A stretch of 64,000 nt of DNA, from the NCBI GenBank assembly GCA_048213135.1, contig PS015203.1:1-64000 (forward strand), given 5' to 3'. The notes under the pieces were generated by a model. The model saw only the letters and a list, made by a program, of their open reading frames with translations, was not told where the DNA came from and made no database searches. Both the position numbers and the translations under genes were made by a program. Numbering within the stretch: position 1 is the first letter of the stretch; the number at the start of each line of letters is the position of its first letter. Positions 27,501 through 39,505 of the stretch are shown one piece after another. The stretch comes from Reclinomonas americana ATCC 50394 (lineage: Eukaryota).

Positions 27501-28160
27501 AGAAAGCAGATACGCGCGCAGACACAGGCCACCTTGCATCGGGAAGCGCCCAAACTTGGAGAGATGCACCTGCGCAATGGCCTCTTGCAGACGCGGATCC
27601 GAAATGTACTCGTCACACTTGTAGCACCAAACCGCCATGTCGGTCAGGCTGATGGCGATGCAGTTGGTGGTGCCGTCGGCTCCGCACGTGGCCTCGTAGT
27701 GCTTCAGCATGTGTCCATGTACAAATCTGGCGGCCGCCCGTGAGAAGAGAGCTTCCTGTGGAAAAACCGCCAGCGAGCGATGCTCATACGTACCGCGAAC
27801 AGTACACTTCGTGTGACTCGAGGTTGAGCCTGGTGTGAATCAGCAACGGATCATCATCAACAACAATCCTGACATGACAAACCAGTTCTCGCCCACATGC
27901 TCACACTCGCCACACGGACGATGGACTGTGCGGTACACACACACACGTACATGAGAGGAGGAATGTGCGAGAGACAGAGAGCGCGCGAGGAGAGCAGACC
28001 ATCAAACAATCGCTTGAGCTCAGCAGAGTCCGGATAAATGACATGCCTGGCGACATGTGGGCACACTGTGCGTGTGTACCCGGAAAGTGAGTGATTCCCA
28101 GTGAGCTGTGGCGCACAGCGACACGGCACCATCACACGCACGGCGAGAGGAGCTGGCCAT
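24597..28160 (-). CDS. zf-UBP zinc finger + SIR2_2-type (zinc-ribbon-less sirtuin-fold) domain + receiver-like C-terminal domain (paralog A; 3' end approximate)
   Basis: CPHV...ENWFC...HMLKHY...[16 protein letters not shown] (zf-UBP); [44 protein letters not shown] (SIR2_2); ILWVG...FDLVITYYG...TPVVVFG...LALGA. Confidence 0.8.
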
Positions 28161-28496
28161 GCTTGCGTGCATGCTGACAGCCGCCAGAATGTGCTGTGAG
28201 GGCGAAAGAGTGAGTGAGTGAATCGGTGGAGCAGGGGTGGGCGAGGTTCAACGCACTGGTGCGACACTTCCGTGATGCTCGTCGGCGAGAGACATGATGG
28301 GAGTTACTTGGTTGTCCGCAAGCGGGATTTTTTTGGATTGCAACGTTCATAAGTCGCTGTCTTTGGACACTATCAGTTTCATTACTTGTTTAGTACGTGT
28401 CGCGGGCATACCCGTGCACCTGCATGGACACCACGTAGTGAGCACGAAGGAAGCCAACAAATAGTGCAGTGTAACCGATCGAGGGGCGACTGATTA

Positions 28497-31293
28497 TTAC
28501 GAAACTGGTGAATTGCCTCGATCTGCCATGTATTCGAGGAGGTCGCGCTGCGAGGCAGCCGCACAGCACTCCTCCATGGCGCGCAACAGCTGCTCAAAGG
28601 TGTACGTGTAACTCGCCGCTCCTGCGCTCACACACGAACGTCAGCATCTGCCCAGCCTCAGTGGCCGTCGCGACCAACGCACCGAGATTGAGTACTTTGC
28701 GAACACGCATGCCCACATTTGGTGACTTGCTACCAAACACAATCACTGGCGTCAGTGCGTCGTCGCCTCCGCGATCTGTAATGCGCCTGTAGCACCAAGA
28801 AAACAGAGATCGGCATGGTGACAATGCACACGACGACCGACAGAGTGACTACTCACGCCCGCATCGCTCGCAGGACCTTGCACGCCACGGCTTCGTCTCC
28901 CTGCTGCCGTGTGCCACCGTAGTGCGTGATCACTGCACAGTGTACAACAGTGAGATGGATCGTACAGCGACACAGCGACGGCAGCTGCAGAAACGCACCC
29001 AAGTCGAATCCGCGCTCTCTCTTCAACAACTCCATCGCGCGACCCATGCGCGTAACAGCCGTCACAATGCAGCACTTGGGGTCGCTCGTCTCCAGCCATT
29101 GTCGTTGAGTGATGAATAGGTAGTCGCGAACGCATCGCCGCAAGAACTTTTGAATCAGCACCGACCACCTGTGTGCATTTGTGAGTGTGAATGCACGATC
29201 CACCTCTGGCGCGATAAGCAATGGAGTGTCGCCGCAACTTGTAATGCGGCCCAATCCACAGCAACCGGCGCTCATGCAGCAGGCGTCCAATTCTGTCTCG
29301 TCTTTCAGCACAACTGGCAGCAACAGCGACAACAGAGAGACAGACGAGACCACACCGAAGTACTGGGTTGGTGGCCGCATTGATGCGTGACAGGTAGCCC
29401 TCCACTCCACTCCAATCCGTGTAACCTACTTGCGCTTAGCATCAACGAGCCGAAGGCACGATGAAAACAACGCAAATAAACCTTTTGTGTCCCAAGTCAA
29501 CACATGCACACCCTCGTGTCGGCGGTAATGCGCAACCTACAGCGACAGCAGTGAGCAAGGCGATGAGCAGACTATTATCCTCGCGATCGCATCGCTTCAA
29601 AACCTGGTGTGGCTCCATGTCGGGCAGGATCGCGTACGCTCCGGGTCGATCGCCACCAAACATGGACATCATTTCTGCGGGTACGGGGGAGGAGATGCTC
29701 AGCACCCAGTTCGTTTCAGCGAGCAGAACACCGACGTACCACTGCGCAGCTCGTTCAGGTAGCCGTCGGTGAAGCTGAATCCGATGAACAGCAGAGTGCA
29801 GGTCGAGAAAACCGACATGAGGAATGTACGATACGGCGTGCTGCGACGCATGGAGTTGGATGAGATGACTTGGCATGCGCGATATGCAGCAACGAGTTCT
29901 CCCCTTACCGATACAGCAGATTGCGGTAGCCCTGGCGGGTGAACACCAACGGGCCATGGCCAGAGGTGGAACCGTGCACTTGCAAGATCGGTGGCACATT
30001 CGTGGCTGCGCGTGAAGCAACAGTCGGTCGATCTTGGTCACAAGGGAAGAGAGGAGAGGCAGAGCCACTCACCATAGTCAAACTCTTCGGCCTTCATCAC
30101 CTGCCACAAGCGATGTAAACAAACGAGTTAGAACGGTCCACGATGTGCATCACCAACTGCAATCATGATCACCTCGTTCCACCAGCGATCCACAGGAGGT
30201 GGCCGCAAGAACGAGCGGAATGCATCGGCACCATCGAATGGGGTCTTTCCGGGCAGCAGCTGATCAAAGTTGGTGGTCAACTGCGCGACGGATGACGTCA
30301 ATATCAGCGGAACGGAACACCAGAAGAACCATGCAGCTTGGCACGCAACAATGCCGCGGAACGGAATGGAAAGCAGCAGGCGCAGTCGGTTCTTCATGGC
30401 CGGCGGCAGCACTCCGTCTGCATGTACAGATACACAGTCAATGACAAGCACCGCAGGAGATCATGTGCATGAGAACTCACCAGGAAGACTCAGGCCCTCG
30501 GCCACGAGCGCCTTGAGCTGCTACAGGATGAGCACGAGCAAGGGCATATCATCCACCACTTTTGCCGACACGCACCTGCTCAGGGCCCAGGTAGTCCTCC
30601 AACACCTGCGCAGCGGCATCGAACTCGCGCCTTCTGAGAAACGCCAGCGTGCTCTGCACCTTGTCCTCTTGAAACTGTTCCGGGTACACCTCGTGGGCGC
30701 GATGCGCGACCTGTCGCACCAGCCCGTCCCACCTGCCCCAGCCGCTCGAGTAAGCACACCACCGCATCACCCTTGTCGGCGCGTCATGACACGACGCAAC
30801 GTCGGAAAGCCAGCGGGCGCGGAGAAACCACTGCCGACAAACGCCACCACATTGCCTCGCGCCACCTCCTGCAGCAGCTCATCGGGAATGCCACTCAGCT
30901 CCGCCGTCGTCTCACACAGATCCAGATCCGACCGCTCCATCTGCATGACACCACCGGCCGCACTCGGCGTCGATGGGCACTGTTCCGACAACACACGCTG
31001 CAGATCGGCGAAATCCTCTGCGCCTCCACCACTGCCGTTGCTGGCTGTCGTACGCACACACACGCAGATGAGCAAGCAGCGTGGCACACAGAGAACCATA
31101 ATAAGCACACACGCACAAGTGTCTGACGGCGACGAGCGGCTGGAGTTGGGCGGACTCGGCACCAAATCTGGCTCCGCCGCCGCCCATGCATCAAGACGCG
31201 GAGTCGCTGCGATACATAATACAGTGAGCATCGTTGCTATGTACACCACGCACAGAGACAGACGCAACGCTCTTCCTCCTCTTCTCCGTCCAT
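28497..31293 (-). CDS. SIR2_2-type domain + receiver-like C-terminal domain (paralog B, no zf-UBP)
   Basis: Same motifs as paralog A ([58 protein letters not shown]); stop at 28497-28499; start codon inferred. Confidence 0.8.
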
Positions 31294-31487
31294 CAACTCG
31301 GCATGAACACCACTGCCACTGGCCACTGAATGGCGCAGATACCGATCATCGCCTGCAGCGTCCGCGGCTGCTGTTGCTGTGGGAGCAGCAGCAGCAGTAG
31401 TGGCCCAGATAACGCGACGTGGTGATCGCTCGGCTTCACTCATTGTCGCTGATTACGTCCTGTGATCGTCCTCGCGCGTTTCCGATC

Positions 31488-32766
31488 ATGTTGCAGGCGA
31501 TTGCGCGACGACTGCCTACGCGTCGCCTTGTCCTCTGCGCGACTCGCTGCCTGTCGCAGCACAACCGACCACCAACCAGTGGCGATGACATCGATCTGAT
31601 GTCGCTGTTGCAGGAGCAGAGCAGTGCGCCAGTGACGCGCATTGAAGGCGCACGGCCACCACCACCACCACAAGCCGCAGCGCCACCAGAGGTCGCACCA
31701 GTGCAGACGAGTGCGGGTACTGTGGATCTGAGCAAGAGTTGAGGCCACACGCACGCGCGTGATCACACAGTTGGATGCTCACATGCATGCGCGCAATGCA
31801 GTGAGTGGAGGCGAGCTGTACGCGTTTGGGCATCGGTTGTATGAGCAGCAGGATGTGAAGGGTGCGGCGGAGGCGTGGCGATGGGCGGCGGAGAAGCACG
31901 GGCACACGGATGCGCAGTATGCGTGGGCTGGCGTGTTGCGAAAGGGCGAAGGTGGTGTTGCGCGGGATTCGCTGGCTGCGGCCCGGCTTCTGCAGGATCT
32001 GGCCGCGCGGGGACACCCGTGGGCGCAAAAGAGTCTGGCTGACATGCTGTATGCGGGCGAGGGTATCAAGAAGAATGCGGCAGATGCGGTGCGAGGGTGG
32101 ACGATTGCCGCACAGAATGGCATCGTCACGGCGTTGCACAACATTGGTGCGTGTGCTCACTGCAACAGCAGCATCTGCATACTCGTCTCTCACTTGTGTG
32201 CTTTGAGCAGGCAACGCCTATGCCTTTGGCGAAGGAGTGGAAAAGGACGTCGAAAAAGCAATATCGTGGTACTCGAAGGCAGCAGCGCAAGGCGATCCAC
32301 TGGCGCAGTTCACCCTCGGCGATCGCCACTCGCGTGGCGACGGTGTCAAGCAGGACCACAGTCTGGCCTTCGAGTACTTTTCCAAGGCCGCCACACAAGG
32401 CCTGGCCAAGGCCATCTTCAACTGCGGTGTGATGCACTTTGCCGGTCTCGGCACCCCGCAAAACCTCCAAAAGGCCGCCGACATGTTCCTCGACTCGGCC
32501 TCCAAGGGCTTCGCTGCCGCCGCGGTGCGTGCATCGCTCCGTGCCACACTCACAGCCGAGTGTGTGCTGACTCAGAACTGCAGATCAACCTCGGCCACAT
32601 GTACCGCGACGGCACAGGCATGGAGAAGCCCGATCTCAATCTCGCCCTGCACTGGTACCGCCGCGCCGCCACGCAAGCCGAAGCCGACGGAAACACCGCA
32701 CAACGTGAACACGCACAGCTGCTCATCCAACGAGTCACCGGGCAGCAGCAGCAGCAAAAGTCATGA
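31488..32766 (+). CDS. Sel1-repeat protein with probable mitochondrial presequence
   Basis: N-terminal MLQAIARRLPTRRLVLCATRCLS; repeats AISWYSKAAAQGDPLAQFTLG, INLGHMYRDGTG...ALHWYRRAA. Confidence 0.85.
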
Positions 32767-32778
32767 TGATTTGCTTCT

Positions 32779-33329
32779 TCACTTTATCGTCAGTGAACGC
32801 TGCGAGTCGGTGATTGTCGTGAAACGGCCGCGATGATTAAAGTGCATGAAGCCGGGTCGATGAAACGTGCCCTCAAAGCTCCTGAGCAAGCAGCAGCAGT
32901 GTGAGAGAGAGAGAGTGCAATCGGAGCATGACAGGCGGAGAATGTGCTCAACTTGCGCGCCAGCGAGTTGCGCAAGAGAATGGGTCGCAGTCGCCCTGTT
33001 TGCTGCACGTAGCCCCACACTGCCAGCGCGAAGCCTGCCACCGTCTCCACCAACACCTGCACATTTGGCGCGTGGTGAGTGTTGACCAGAGTCTGTGCAT
33101 GTGAGAAGACGCACATCAAATGGCGGCCACGTCGAGTCATCCGCCGCCAACTCCGCGTCCATATCCGCCAGCAGCTGGCGATCTGTGCGTGTGTGTGAGT
33201 GTGTGCAGAGTGAGACATGTGCACACGTGTGTTTGCGCAAAGAAATGCAACGCAACAGTGCCAATAGGAGAACGCTGCGTGACATAGAATCAGCAGGCCA
33301 ACGAGAACAAACACTTGCGCAAGTCGCAT
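32779..33329 (-). CDS. EMC5: ER membrane protein complex subunit 5 / MMgT family
   Basis: GLLILCHAAFS..H, PFDVLVETVAG, SFEGTFHRPGFMHFNHRGR; two hydrophobic helices. Confidence 0.85.
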
Positions 33330-33485
33330 TTGAGAGAGAGAGATAAGAGCGAGAGGATGGACTCGTTCACCGATCCGATTGCTCGTGGATCACACTGTGT
33401 TCAAGTCGTTGTTGTGGAGCACAGGCGGCGACGTTCCTCGCTCAGCTCGACGTCGTCACTAGCGCACGCACGACGAGCAAGGCGA

Positions 33486-36450
33486 ATGGACGTGGAAGTG
33501 CGGTGGCCGCACAGTCCCGCAGGCACCGCCGCAGTGGTCGAGGTCACTGGCAACTTCCCCGCCTATGACGTTGCGTCTGTGCACACTGATTGACGCGCAC
33601 ACAGACAGCGTGTGTATGTGTGTGTTGCTGATCAAGTGCGACACGCACAGTGGCAGAGATTCGCGCAGCTGCGTTGGGACGATTCGGAACGAGTGCACAA
33701 GGTGCGTTTTCATTCTCTCTCTCTCGTTTGCTCGCTCGCAGTGTGCTGCTCATGTGTGTGTGTGTGATGCGGATGGCAGGTCGTCTTGTCGGCGATTCCA
33801 CCGGGAACATGGTGAGAGACGAATTTGCTACACATGCGCGCGCGCGTTTTCGTTCACCAACAGTGTGTGTGTGTGTCCAGGGAATACAAGGTTGATTCTC
33901 TCTTTCATACAGCGCATGTCAGTCGCTCAGTGCACATGTCTGATCGTCGTCGTGGTTGTGTTAGTTTCGCGTGGATGGTGAGTGGCGTGAGGACTGGACG
34001 CGACCACGCGTGCAGAATAGCTTGGGATCGTACAACAACGTGATCCACTTGGAGCGACGGGCCATGTCGTCGTCGCCGCCGAGGCAGCGGTTGCGAGTGG
34101 GATCGGTGCACGAGACGGACCCGGCGATGCGGCATCAGGTGAGCTGTCGTCGCTCGCCTCGAGTACCAGTCTCGTCTCTCTCTCACGATCGCATGTGTGG
34201 TCGTAGTCACCGGCTAAGGCGTCGGCGATTCCCGATTCGCGGGTGCGTGCTCGATTCGGTGTTGCTCTTTTGTGTCTGTGCCTTTGCTGAGCGTGGAGAA
34301 CGCGTATGGCACAGAGTTCGGCGTCGTGCGTGTCGGCGTCGTCCAGCACGTCGTCACTGGTGCGATGCGACGCTGTCCTCTCTCTCTCTCTCTCTCCTTG
34401 TCTCTTTTTTCTCATCGATTGTTGTCGAGCAGGAGGATGCCACTGATGCCGGGAGCATCACCAAGGAGGACTTTCTCACGCCGGTGCGCTTGTGGGAAAT
34501 GCGACTGATGCGTCACTCGGGCACGTGGACCATGTGTGGTGAATCCGTGAGCAGCGCACTGGATCAGCACCTGGCTGCCGGCGACACCAAGTTCTCGCTG
34601 GAGGATCGTGGAAGTTTCGCCGTGTTTTCGTTGCCACATCTCGCGCGATGCTCACACACGCACAGAGACGTACACTGTCGACCTGAACAGCATGCTGGTG
34701 ACGAACACCGCCGACGGCAAGGAGCGTGCACTGCGCTCTACCGAGTGCTACTCGTTCCCCGACAACTGCGCCCTGTTGGAGGCCATTGGCGCACCGCGTG
34801 GCTCCATGTGGGAGTACGAGACGCGCCAGACGTGGCGACGATGCAGCGATGAGTGGTGCATGGCACTGGAGAAGTTGTATCAGATGATTCGCGCCGGCGA
34901 GGCGACCTCGCATTTGCTGCTGCTGAAGATCGGGCGAGCAAGGTGAGCGCGATCGCCGACTGGATCGTGTGTCAGTGCTGCCATGTTGATCGGCTGACAT
35001 CGCACAGATTTCTCGTGGACCTGGCACACTGTCATCAACGGCGACTCGACTCGCACTCGGAGCGCCGATTAATATGTCGACAGCACGCCGGCTCCACGGG
35101 ACCGGTGCGTGAGCATATATGTTCGCACAGAGTGACCATGTTAGGAGGGTTGGCTTACTCCCGCAATGATGACTGCAGTTGTGCGCGCTGGACGACGTGG
35201 AGGGCGCGTTGGCCACCCTGCCGGTGGGGCGACCACTGGCCGGCACTGCGGTGGACGAGGTGCTCTCCGACGGCGCCGCTTCGTCGGCGGCGTACTTTCG
35301 AGTGCCCATGCTGCTGTCGGAGCCGCCGCACGATTACCTCAAAGTCGGTCAGGCGATACGGGAGGCCATGGAGTATCGTGATATGCAAGCGTTGCGACAA
35401 ATCCGCCGACAAATCATGGTCCAGACCGGTGAGTCGCTTTCCTTGCCACGCTGCGCTGTCCCCCCGAGTCGCTGACGTGTGGTGGTGTCTCAACACGATG
35501 ACGGCAGTGGCTCGTGTGTACAATCTCTGGTTGCACCACGAACTGGAGGACAGCGAAGCGTTTGTGCGTGCCGCACGCATGTACGCCTCGACTGCGGATC
35601 TGGTGGTAACCGAGATGCCACGGTGTGACTCTTTGTGCATATTTGGTGGGATTGCATATGGTAGGAGAACTCATTCGTGCAACACAGATACGAGACGCGA
35701 CTGGAACTCGTCAGCAGTGACCCCATCGACAGTGCAATCGAGATGCAGGCCGGTGGCTACTCGCCCGCCGTAATGATGGTGGCCTCGTCGTCAACCCCCG
35801 GTGGCGGCTTCACTCAGGGCAACAGCGGCCAAGAGGAGATGGTGTACAGAAGAACCTCCATGTTCCTCCACGGTAATTTGCCGCTTCGTTTGACTTACTC
35901 TCGTCGCTTGTGTCTCACATTTGCTGCCTCCACCAGCACTGGATCCGCTGGGCATTGATGGAGCGCGCGACTGGCATTTCCCCTTGCCACAATGCGGTGT
36001 GCTGTACACGCCCGGCGTGCGCGTTTTGAGACGGGGAGAGGATGCCGGCTACATGTGGTATCGCCCGCAGGGCGGCCGTCAATTGAATTTCATCACAGTG
36101 GCGGCCTATGCCGATCCCCTCACTGTGCGCGGTCGTGATGGGTACGTGCTATGTCTTTGTGTGTGTGCGTGAAGCTGTGAAGTGTCCTCACTCGACACTG
36201 CCGGTACAGTGAGCTGCACCTGAAGGAGGACTGGATCGTGGAGGGCACTCGCGAAAAGATCCGTTCACTGCTGCGAGTGGCACTGCACAACGAGCACGAC
36301 AGTGTGGTGCTGACGCCACTCGGCTGTGGCGCACACCGCAATCCACCCGGACACATTGCACGACTGATGCGGCACGTGCTGCTGGAGCCCGAGTTTGTCA
36401 ACTGCTTTGCGTGGGTGCGAATCGCCGTCACGGAGGACGAGAACAGGTGA
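33486..36450 (+). CDS. CBM48 (AMPK-beta-like glycogen-binding) + two WWE + TIGR02452/DUF2263 bacterial-type PARG macrodomain (3' end at gap)
   Basis: VRWP...VEVTGNF, EYK-FRVDGEW, GSYNNVI (CBM48); LWEM...YTVDLNSMLVTN..GKERALR and MWEYET..WRRC...FLVDL (WWE); ASSSTPGGGFTQGNSGQEEMVYRRT, LYTPGV, VLTPLGCGAHRNPP (PARG). Confidence 0.8.
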
Positions 36451-36632
36451 GAATGATCGCACGTCACGTGCACTGCACTGCACTGCGCATTGCATTCATG
36501 TGTGTATTCTCGCAGTGGCCNNNNNNNNNNNNNNNNNNNNNNNNNNNNNNNNNNNNNNNNNNNNNNNNNNNNNNNNNNNNNNNNNNNNNNNNNNNNNNNN
36601 NNNNNNNNNNNNNNNNNNNNNNNNNNNNNNNN

Positions 36633-37761
36633 ACACGCAAATACACACCGGCGGGTGATCGTGAACGCGGGCGGTCGCGGTGTGTGCTGCGCAGGAGGTC
36701 AACACAAGAGAGAAACAGAGGAGAGATGAGAGACACGGGGCGAAAAGCTCACCGCGCACGCGAGGCCGATGGCGAGGGAGTGCGGCTGAAGGATCGCCGA
36801 CGGTGTCGCGGCAAGCGATCCACGCGGTGCTCGTACGACGGGCGGCGCGGACTCGACCGACGTGGACTCGCATGACGCCGCGGGCTTGCGCGACGCGGGC
36901 TGCGTGCCGGACTGCGTGCCGGACTGCGCGACTTGTAGCCCTCTCGGCGGTACGAAAAGGCGCGGTCTCGCTCAAGCACCGCACTGTCGTTGACATGAGC
37001 AGCATGCCAGCAGTAGTGACAAGAGACAATTGACATACACGCACCCCGTGTTCTTGCTGCGCTTGCCGAGATCAAAGTCGACGCGGAGAACGCGGCCCTC
37101 CAGCTCCTTCTCGTGGAAGCGACCGTGGGCTTTCTCGGCCTCCGCCTGGAAGAGGAGACGAGGAGGATAAGGGAAAAGAATGCGAAGAGAGGAGAAGAAG
37201 GAGAGGAGGAGAGAAGAGAAAGAGATGAGATGAGAAGAGAGGTGGCACAGTGAGCAGACATGCACACAGCGCAGAGACACAGAGGGTGGGAGACAGACCT
37301 GCTCGTTGAACTCGATAAAGGCATATCCCTCACTCTGCCCGCGATTATTCGTGCCAATCTTGATCGACTCCACTTGCCCGCACTGCCCAAAGAGCTCCTC
37401 CAGCGACTTGGCAGTCGCCGAGTACGGCAGGTTGCCCACAAACAAGTACCGCGACGGCGGGTTGCGTTGCAAGCTGCGTTGTGTAAACACACACAAAAGT
37501 GTGACATTTCCACACACTCGTTGGCTCCACAGCACACAGAGACAACTCACCGTGCACCACGTCGGAAGCCACCACCACCACCACCACCACCGCCACCGTG
37601 GCCACCATGCCCGCCCTGCGCGCGAGTGTTGAGCACACATGACTTGACAAAACAAAGTGTCACAGGGGAATCACCTCTCGCCGCTCACGTCGCCGATAGT
37701 GATCCCGGCTCCCCGCACGCTCTGCACTGCGACTCCGACTGCGGCTGCGACGATCGCTCAT
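36633..37761 (-). CDS. SR-family / Tra2-like splicing factor (RS-RRM-RS)
   Basis: RNP2 LFVGNL, RNP1 EGYAFIEF, ELEGRVLRVDF; RS/RSP repeats on both sides. Confidence 0.85.
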
Positions 37762-37963
37762 CAAAGTGAAAAACAAAAAACAAAAGTGTGTGACCAAAGT
37801 CACGTTGTCGGAGAAATTTCGCGCACTGCAATCAGGTAACCCATCAATCACACGTGTGCAGTGAGCGCTGCGGTGTTGTCAGTCTCTTCCACCAGCAGAG
37901 TGCGTGTGAGTGCAAAGTGTGTGCGACATGTCTGCTGCTGCGGGTGCTGGTCGGCGACGCGCC

Positions 37964-39474
37964 ATGTCGCCTCCGTCGTCGCGCAGTGTCTCCGAGCTGC
38001 ACAGCGAGTTGCACAGTGATGACGCTGTGGCGGTGGACGGGAATGTGTCGCCAAGCAGCTCTGTGGGAGGCGGTGGCGGTCATCGTGTGGCGTCGGTGCC
38101 GGATGTCACTGTTGTGCGAGGACACATCATTACGCCCTCCAATGCCTCCTCTCGGTGCGGAAAGTATCAGTGATTCTCTGTCTGTCTTGTGTGTGTGCGC
38201 GCGCGCAAGAGTGATGCATTTGTCGGTGGATGTAATGTGGCTGACGACGGCGTGTTTGTTGTGGTTGGGAAGAATCACGCGGCAGGAGCTGTATGCGCAT
38301 GAGTGGGAGGGCGAGGCGCGGACGCCGGCGGAGGAGCGCGAGGTGCAGTTTATGATTGAGGAACGCATGCTGCATGAGATGAAGAAGAGCGCGGTGAAGC
38401 GCGAGAAGCGACAGGCTCCGTTGCGTTGTTTCCTCGACGCGAATTGTGTTGCGTTGCGAGGGAAAGTGGCTGACGGCAGTGTGTGGTGCGCAGGTTGGTG
38501 TTCACTGAGCTGTTGCCGTTTGCGCGCGACGGCGTCAAGAGCATCATTGAGGATGTTGCGTCTTGCTGTCTCACTCGCTGGATTCTGTATCTCTCTCGCT
38601 CTCTGACGATGAGTGCGGTCTGCAGGANNNNNNNNNNNNNNNNNNNNNNNNNNNNNNNNNNNNNNNNNNNNNNNNNNNNNNNNNNNNNNNNNNNNNNNNN
38701 NNNNNNNNNNNNNNNNNNNNNNNNNNNNNNNNNNNNNNNNNNNNNNNNNNNNNNNNNNNNNNNNNNNNNNNNNNNNNNNNNNNNNNNNNNNNNNNNNNNN
38801 NNNNNNNNNNNNNNNNNNNNNNNNNNNNNNNNNNNNNNNNNNNNNNNNNNNNNNNNNNNNNNNNNNNNNNNNNNNNNNNNNNNNNNNNNNNNNNNNNNNN
38901 NNNNNNNNNNNNNNNNNNNNNNNNNNNNNNNNNNNNNNNNNNNNNNNNNNNNNNNNNNNNNNNNNNNNNNNNNNNNNNNNNNNNNNNNNNNNNNNNNNNN
39001 NNNNNNNNNNNNNNNNNNNNNNNNNNNNNNNNNNNNNNNNNNNNNNNNNNNNNNNNNNNNNNNNNNNNNNNNNNNNNNNNNNNNNNNNNNNNNNNNNNNN
39101 NNNNNNNNNNNNNNNNNNNNNNNNNNNNNNNNNNNNNNNNNNNNNNNNNNNNNNNNNNNNNNNNNNNNNNNNNNNNNNNNNNNNNNNNNNNNNNNNNNNN
39201 NNNNNNNNNNNNNNNNNNNNNNNNNNNNNNNNNNNNNNNNNNNNNNNNNNNNNNNNNNNNNNNNNNNNNNNNNNNNNNNNNNNNNNNNNNNNNNNNNNNN
39301 NNNNNNNNNNNNNNNNNNNNNNNNNNNNNNNNNNNNNNNNNNNNNNNNNNNNNNNNNNNNNNNNNNNNNNNNNNNNNNNNNNNNNNNNNNNNNNNNNNNN
39401 NNNNNNNNNNNNNNNNNNNNNNNNNNNNNNNNNNNNNNNNNNNNNNNNGTTTCCCTACTCAAGTTAGTCGTCCG

Positions 39475-39505
<31 letters not shown>

